Part shown: positions 54,001 to 63,000 of the stretch, piece after piece | Layout of the letters: each line of letters begins with the position of its first letter | Numbering within the stretch: position 1 is the stretch's first letter | DNA from: Amoebophrya sp. A120 | Taxonomy: Eukaryota; Protista; Dinoflagellata | Direction: 5' to 3' | DNA: 64,000 nucleotides | Assembly: GCA_905178155.1 (NCBI GenBank) | Contig: CAJINV010000004.1 | Coordinates: forward strand, 404,969 to 468,968 | Translations under genes and position numbers: made by a program | Notes under the pieces: model-generated | Databases searched by the model: none | Told to the model about the DNA's origin: nothing | Seen by the model: the letters and a program-made list of their open reading frames with translations, nothing else

Positions 54001-57000
54001 CGGAGATCGATGCTATTGCGGGTGCGTGGACAACTGGGGCTCTGACGTCTGCTTACTTGCAAGATTTAGCGACGGCTTTGGATGACGAGGTGAAAGCGAT
54101 GTTCCCCTCAACCGCTTTCCCCGCGGCGGAGGTTTCGCAGGCGAAGAGCTTGACCGCCGCGACAACTTCGACGACGACAACGACTAGTACGACCACGACT
54201 ACAACGACGAGCACGACCTATCCGCTGCAAAATCATCGCACTCGTTCGAATTGTAGTCTGGCATGACAGATCCGCTTTTTTACCTGAACCTGCATGAGAA
54301 ATTCCATTTTTTTTTTCCCGAGAAAATTTGTCATGCGATTTGTACTAGAGCTAGAGTGATAGGTTTGCAATGCATACTCTAACCACGACGACGACGACGA
54401 CCAGCACCACGACCACCACAATTCCACTCGGCACCATTGAGCGCGAGTTCAGTTACACCTTCAAAGTCGCGAACTACAGTGCGATAGTGCCGGCGAGCTT
54501 GTGCGGGTCGAACGAGTTTATTGGTGCGGTCAGGGATGCGACTTTGGATTTTGTCCAAACCATTCTCGGGTTGACAAATGTGACCTCCGCAGATCTCCCG
54601 TCGGTGGTCACCGGTGTGGCGCACAGTTCGGAGAACCAGGCGGACGGGACGGGCGCGATTGTCGCGGTGACAACCGTGAAATTTCAGGCGGTCCAGGAGA
54701 AGCTGGACGATTTGGAGAAATTGTGGGGAAGTGACTATTTGAAAACCGTTTCCGCCCAGGCGGAATTGTCGAACATTTTGGCGGATTCTGTGGAAACGAA
54801 GGTGACCGCTGTCACCAAGCTAGAGAACGTGAACATTTTGATCATCAAAAGCAGCACTTCGACAACAACTACCACAACACTCGAACCGACTACCACAACC
54901 ACCACTACCACGACTACCACGACCACGACGACAACCACCACGACCACTTTAACCGAAGTGGAGCGGGAGTTCAGCTACACCTTCAACGTGGACCAGAGTC
55001 AGTTGGCTGGCATGACCGCGCAGGAAATTGTGGCGCTCCCAGAAATGGAACAAGCGGTGAAGTCTGCAGTGTTGGAATTCATGCAAGATACATTACAATA
55101 CGGGAATATCGACGCAGGGGACATCAAGTCCATCGATCTCCAATGTGTCTTCCCGGATATCACCACCGGGATTGTTACCAAGGCGACCATTGTGTTCCAG
55201 GGTGCTGCGGACGAGATGGATGATTTCGAACAAACCTGGCTGCCCTCCGGGCTGGGCACGGCTGCGGCGAGTGGACTAACCGCAGCGTTGAACAACAGCA
55301 CGGGAACTGCTGTCCCGGCGGTAGCGCAGGTCACCGGGTCGCAGATCCTTATCGCAGCGAGCACGACTTCAACGACTACAACGACGACAACCACCACAAC
55401 GACCACTACTACCACGACGACCACAACTACGACAACCAGCACCACGACGGAGGAAGCTACGACTGCCGCGCCGGTTCCCACGGTGGAGCGGGAGTTTTCC
55501 TACGATTTTAGAACTTTCGACGGCGACGACGCGGCGATGGCAGCACTGGTGCAGTCTGCTGGCATGAAGGACGCGATCAAGACTGCGGTGGTTCGGTGGG
55601 TCCTCGACTCGCTGGGTGTGACGGAGAACATCGTAACTAGTGATATTCCGTTCTTAGTCGTGCAGACAGCCTTTACCTCCAACGGGAACATGACGGGCGA
55701 CGGAACTGGACGGATCGTCGCGAAGGCGTCGCTGAGGTTTGAAACGGATCAAAGCAAGATCGACGCGATCGCGCTTGCGTGGCCGGCTGACGGGTTCGCA
55801 GATGCGACTTTGCCGGAAGCGTTGACCAGTGCGATGGAAACTTCCTTGACGACAGCCCTCCCGTCAGATGTCTCCACCGTGGCGAGCACCACGGTGTTGA
55901 CCCAGGCGACGACATCGACCACGACCAGTACCACGACCAGCACCACTACCACGACGTCGACCACCACTGGAACCACGACCACGGTCACGACGACCACGGG
56001 GATTCTGCTCCCGTCTATCGAAAGAGACGTCAGCTTCACCTTCAACATCGCGAATGGGGACACTCGCGCGGCGCAGCTGTGCGCGTCGGGAGACATGAAG
56101 GACGCGGTCAAGGAGGGAGTGCTGCAGTTCATCCTTGACACGCTCGGTGTGAACCCAGACATGATCGGGATGGACGACATTGCCGACATTTCCGTCGCCT
56201 ACGCCTTCTCCAGTAACAACACGGACGGGACTGCGACCGTGGTCGCGAAAGCATCGATTCTGTTCAAAGCGAATGCAACGCAGATCGACGCGCTGGAGGC
56301 CGAGTGGCTGCCGGCTGGGTTAGATGCGACGGCGGTGGAGGAATTGGTGGCGTCTTTGAGTAACAGCACGACAAGTATCATCCCCCGGGTGAACGACGTC
56401 TCGCAGGCGGTGGTGCTGCCGGCGAAGACCACGACGAGCACCACGACCACTACCACTTCGACCACGACTGTGACGACAACGGTCACGACGACCGAGGCAA
56501 ACACGACGACGACCACGAGTACTACCGCGGTTTCTTTGCCGTCTCTGGTTCGGGAGTTCTCCTACACGTTCACAGCCGATGGTGATAAAGCGAATGGCGC
56601 GGCTTTGGTTGCGTCCGACGAGATGGTGGACGCGGTCAAGGCTGCGGTCGTGCAGTTCTCGCTAGATTCGCTGGGGGTCGCATCCGGTCTCGGCACGTCG
56701 GACATTTCGGACATCCTCGTGGTTTTCGCGTTTGGCGCCGACAACGCCGACGGGACCGCCACGGTGGTCGCCAGGGCGACGGTCACTTTCGAGGCGGATC
56801 AGGGGCTGATTGATTCGCTGGAGACCAACTGGTCGGACACCGGGCTGAGTGCAGATGAGATCGCCGACTTGGTCACAAGTTTGAACAACAGCACGACAAA
56901 TTCTATTCCGGATATCAACACGGTACAGCAGGTGAAAATCTTGACGACGACCACTACTCCAGCGCCGGTGACGACTGCAGCGCCGGCTGTTGCTCCAGCT

Positions 57001-60000
57001 CCGACCACGACAACAACCACAACCAGCACGACCACAACGACTGCTAGTCAGACGACAACGACAACCGCCGTCCCGTTACCGGAATTGGAGCGCGAGTTCA
57101 GTTACACCTTCAAGGTCGCGAACGGCGCGAATGTCAATGCTGACGCGCCTGGGATTTGCAGCAGTGCTGAGATGAAAACCGCGATTCAGGCTGCGGTTTT
57201 GGACTTCATCCAAAACACTTTGCAGGTGGCAGAATCTATCGTGTTATCTGATATCAAGGCAACCACAGTGACTCTCGTCACTAGTTATTCCAACTCCGAT
57301 GGCACTGGCTCCGTGATTTCGAAGGCGAATGTTGTCTTCGCGGCGAGTGAGACGAAAATAGATGCGATTCGAGATAAGTGGGCACCGGCAGCTTTGAGTG
57401 CGGCGAACACGCAGGGACTGACTTCCGCTTTAGACACGGCGACGAGCAGTCAAGTTTCCGCCGTGCAAAGTGTGATCCAGTCGACAAACTTAGTCGTGTC
57501 GACGACTTCGACCACAACCACCACGACGACGGTGACGACCACCACGACAACCGGAACGTCCACAACCACGACGACCACCACGGTTGTGACAACCACCACG
57601 ACCCCGCTTCCGTCCATCCAACGCGAGATCAGCTTTGTCTTCGACGTGGCAGATGCGCAGGTGAACGCGGCTGGGCTGTGCGCCAGCACCGCGATGGAAG
57701 CGGCTGTGAAGGACGCGATGGTGAAGTTTGTGAAGGACCAGCTGCAGGTGTCGAGCGACATCGATACAGACGACATTTCCGACGTGGTCGTCAATCTGGC
57801 GTTCAGTGACAGTGGTACGAATTCCACCACGATCACCGCGAAGGCGGTCATTGTCTTCGCGGCAGAGCAGGACAAAATCGACGACTTGAACGCGATGTGG
57901 TCTCCTAGCGGCTTGGACGCCACCGCCACGGCGGGTTTGACTGCTGCACTGAATGCGGCAACCACAGCGCAAGTGCAGGACGTGACCGGCGTCGCGCAGT
58001 CGCAGTCGCTGCTAGTACCGGAGGAAACGAGCACTAGTACTAGCACTAGTACCACGACAGCCACGACAGTTCTCCTTCCGCGCGGGATCAGCCTGCCGAT
58101 TACGTTGAAGCCGGGGCTCACCCCGAGTGACGGAGACGTTTTGACGGATCAGGATTTGGTGGACAACATCAAGAAGGGTGTAGCTGCCTACTTCGAAGCG
58201 GAAACCGGCGTTGCATTCACTCCGGCGCAAATCGAAAACATGGTGGTCACCATGACCAGTGGGGAGCAGTCTCTGCCGGATGTCACCATCCAGGTGGAGT
58301 TCGGCGTGCGGGCGGATGATGAGTCTACTGTCAACCAGGTGAATCAAGCTTGGGACCCGGACACAGTGTTGAGTTCGGGCGACGCACAGCTCACGGATAT
58401 CGTAAGTCAAATCGACAGTGCAGTGCATACCGCTACGGATTATGCAGTCGGGAGCACAACTGGTGCGTCCACCGTGGTGGTCACGACCACAACCAGTACA
58501 ACGACCGTGCCGGTCTTGCCGCGCGGGTTGCAGCTGCAGGTCAACATTCCGTCTGGGAATGTCAACGACACGTTGCAGGATCCCGACTTCGAGGCCGCGA
58601 TAAAGTCCGGAATCATCGACTACTTTCAGCAGACAGCGGGGATCACGCTGAACGCAACTCAAATCGAGTCCATGGTGATTACACAAACCACCGGCACTCC
58701 GCCAGACCCCGTGGGCATCGAGGTCACGTTTGGAGTGAGGCCGGAGACAACAGCTGACATTTCTTCTATCGACGCCGTCTGGGATCCGGACGATTCGATC
58801 ACGCAGGGGTCGAATGAATTGAACACATTGGTGGACAAAGTCACCGACGCGGTGAAAGCAACCGCCGACAACGGCGATTTACCGGGTGGGGCGGTCACCG
58901 TCGACCAAACTACTGTCGCGACTGTTGTCGTGACGACAAGCATATCATTTGTAAAAGCATCGACGCACTCGTACAAATTGCAATTTGGCATGACAGAACT
59001 GCGCGGTATAGCTGTTCCCTGAACATGCATGGAAATTTCCTTTATCAATTTCAACTGGAAAGATTTGTCATGCTACTCGTGCTACTCGAACTCGTACACG
59101 ATGCTTTTGCAATGTCGATAGAAATCCACGACAACCACGAGTTCTACGACGACGACCCTACCTTCTCTTGAGCGGCAGTTCAGCTACACCTTCAATGTCG
59201 AATTTGCTTCGGCTGGGGATTTCACGGATGCGAATTTGGATACTCTCGTAAAGTCGACGAATTTCAAAGACGCGGTGAAAACTGGGCTGATCAACTTTTT
59301 GGAAGACACGTTGAGTGTTTCGGCTGGAACAGTTGCAAAAGCGGATATCAAAACTGTTTCAAGCGAAGTCGCCTTTTCCAGCTCAACGGATACGATTTCG
59401 GGCACCGTGGTCGCGAAATCCACTGCGACTTTTATGGACAGCGCTGCCAAGATCGACGCGGTTCAGACCGCTTGGGACCCGGCAAGCTTTACCGCGACGC
59501 AGACCGACGGGCTGACCTCTGCCTTAGCGACGGCGTTGACCGCGGGCGTGACCGAGGTGAAGACAGTGGACTCGTCGCAGTCGTTGACGACGTCGTCTAC
59601 GACGACAACCACTGAAGCTCCAGCTTCCACTACCACCACAACGACCTCCACCACCACCAGTACCGTAACGCTTGCCTTCCTGGAAAGGCAGTTCAGCTAC
59701 ACTTTTGCTGTGGACAATGGAAATGCCGACATGGACGCGCTCTGCAACTCGCCCGAGATGGTCAGTTCCATCAAGGACGCAGTGGTAAAGTTCGCGTTGG
59801 AAACTCTCGGCGTAGGAACCACCTTCACCGACGCGGACATCAAGGACGTCTCGGTCGAGGTCGCTTTCAGCAGTACCGCTGCTGACGGGAGTGGCTCTGT
59901 GGTCGCGAAAGCGATTGTGCAGTTTGAGGCGAGTGGGGACAAAATCGATGCTCTGGAAGACAAGTGGGAGCCATCCACGCTAATAACCGACACCGCGATC

Positions 60001-63000
60001 GCCGCAGCGTTGACCGCCAGTTTGAATAACGCAACCAGCACATTAGTTCCGGAGGTGCAATCGGTGACGCAGTCGCAGGTGCTGCTGCAGCCGCCGACCT
60101 CCTCGACTACCACGACGACCACGACGTTACCTCTATTACCCCGGGGAATCGAATTGACTTTGAACATTCCGGGGGATGTGGATCAGGCAGTGCAGGACGG
60201 CGGCGCGTTGTCTGACGCAATGGTGAACGCGGTTGTGGAATACTTCCAAAACACGACTGGACTGACTTTGACTCCTGATCAAATCGAAGACTTGCAAATC
60301 ACCCCCAAGCCGGGGTACGTGAAGCCGAATGTTCCGGTCGAAATCACTTTCGGTGTGCGCGTCGAGGAAGACTTGGTGGATGATGTGGATTCCGCTTGGG
60401 ACGCCGACGCCCCGTTGCCGGATGGGGGGACTGAAATGACGACCCTGCTCTACGAAGTGCAAAATGCGGTGTCAACCGATCCAAACGTCGCCGGTACTGT
60501 TACAGTTGAAGCTACAAACGCGGGGACGTTTGTCGTGACGACAACTACGACGACAACCACAACAGTAACTACGACGACGACCACGACGGTGACCGTCACG
60601 CTCGCGGACGTGTTGCTCGACAAAGCGATGGAATTAACGTTAACAATTCCTGCCGGTGTGACGGATATCAACGCCGCACTGAACGACACAGATTTGTCCG
60701 ATGCGGTGAAACAGGGCGTCATTGAGTACTTCCAGAACGCAACCGGAATGACGCTTAGTCCCTCCGACATCGAAAACATGCAGATCACGCAGAAACCGAA
60801 TCAGACACCACCGGCCGTTGGCGTGGACATTACGTTCGCTGTAGCGGTAAAGCCGGATAAGGTGGCGGATGTGAACCTCGCCTGGAACCCGGTGACGCCC
60901 ATGGATCCGAACGGAAGTGCTGTCAATCAGCTCTCCACCGCAGTGCGAGACGCGGTCAAGGACGCGTCTGCCGATGTTGACGGGATAGAAGTGGACACGA
61001 CGGTTCCGCTCGCCACGGTGAGTGTGGTTACAACCGCAGCGCCTACGACCCCACCGCCGACTACAACCAGCACCACTACGACAAAACCGACCCTAAGCAA
61101 GGGTTTGGAATTGCTGCTGACCATTCCGGCTGGTACGGATGTTGCCACGTCTCTCCAGGACCCAGACCTGTCAAACGCGCTAAAAGCGGGCGTGATCGAC
61201 TACTTCCAGACTACTGCAGGCGTGACCCTGACCGACGACCAGATCGAGAACATGGTGATCACGGCAAAACCGGGGTACACGCAGCCGGATGTGGGGGTGG
61301 ACATCACGTTCGATTTGAAACCGGATTCCGCCGACGTGGCTTCGGTCAATCTGGCGTGGAGCCCCGTGACGGCGGTGAATTCTGGCGGGAACATTGACAA
61401 ACTGAAGGACGCCGTGAAAACTGCGGTCAGCAACAACCCAGGGATCGTCGACGTCGCGGTGCAAGACACGGGCGTCGCGACCGTACCGATCACCACGACG
61501 AGCTATGCATTGCAGAAGTATCACACCTAGTGCTAGTGGAAGTCCAAATCGACGTCGCATGACAAAATCGCGGAGCTGCATTACAAATGAAATCTGTGTT
61601 GCTGATTTACCTGCTCAAGGAAGCATTTTCTAATGCATGACTGCACGACCTTAGTGCGAGTGCAAAAATACTTTTGCAATGCATACGAACACAACCTCAA
61701 CAACTGTCAGCACGACGTCGTCAACGACAACAACCAAACCGCTGCTGAACAAGGGACTGGAGATGGTCCTGACCTTCCCCGCAGCGGCCACCCCCACTGA
61801 GGTGACGGATGCGCTGAACGATGCTGATTTAACAGACGCTTTGAAAGACGGGGTGGTGAAATACTTCGCGGATCAGGGCGTCACTTTGACCGATAGTCAA
61901 GTTGAAAACCTCGTCGTTACGCAAAAACCGGGCACCGCTCCGCCGGAAGTTGGTGTGGACGTTTCGTTTGGCGTCCGGGTGACTCCGGACAACGTGGCCG
62001 ACGTCAACATTGCGTGGAATCCCGTGACGCCGATGGAAACGGACGACGTCAACAAGCTTGTCACCGCGGTCACGAATGCCGTGCAGGATGCGGCATCGGC
62101 GATTGGCTCTGGATCCGCAGCGGGTAACGTCGCTGTGTCGCAGACGCAGGGCGACACGGCCACTGTCGCGGTGACAACCACGACGAGTAGCACAACAGTC
62201 GCGGCAACGACGACGACGACTACCACGACGAAACCGCTCTTGAGTAAGGGGCTAGAAATGGTGCTGAATATCCCTGACACCGCTACTGCCGCAGATGTCG
62301 ACGCTGCGTTAACGGACCAGGATTTGCAAAACGCGTTGAAAGACGGTGTGATCGAGTACTTCAAGGACAAGGGAGTAACTCTAAACGCCACCCAGATCGA
62401 GAACATGGTGATTACGCCGAAACCGGGGCAGAGCCCCCCGGACATTGGGGTGGACGTCAGTTTCGACGTGCGCGTTGAGCCGCAGGATGTGCCGGATTTA
62501 AATATCGCCTGGAATCCCGTTACCCCACTATCCGGCACGGACTTGACAAACCTACAATCCGCCGTTGAGACCGCGGTGCTGACCGCCAGTCCGAACATCG
62601 GGAACACGGGGATGGGCGTCACGGTATCGACGGACCAGGGGGATACCGCAACTGTTGCGGTGACAACGACGAGTACGAGTACCTCAGCGCCGCCCGTCGC
62701 CTCGTCGACAACCACCACGACGACGCCGCTCCTGAGCAAAGGGCTAGAGATGGTGCTGAATATTCCGGGCGACGCCGCGGATGTGGACGCCGCGCTGCAG
62801 GATCCTGATCTTGCGGCGGCTTTGAAAGACGGAATTGTCGAGTACTTTGCCAATAACGGCGTGACATTAACCCCGTCGCAGATCGAGAACATGGTGATCA
62901 CGCAGAAGGTATGCATTGCAAATATGTCTGGGTCTGGAAGTATCCGAACTTGTGATGCGTGTTTCGGATGATCCTACGAAGATCTGCGATGCATAACGTG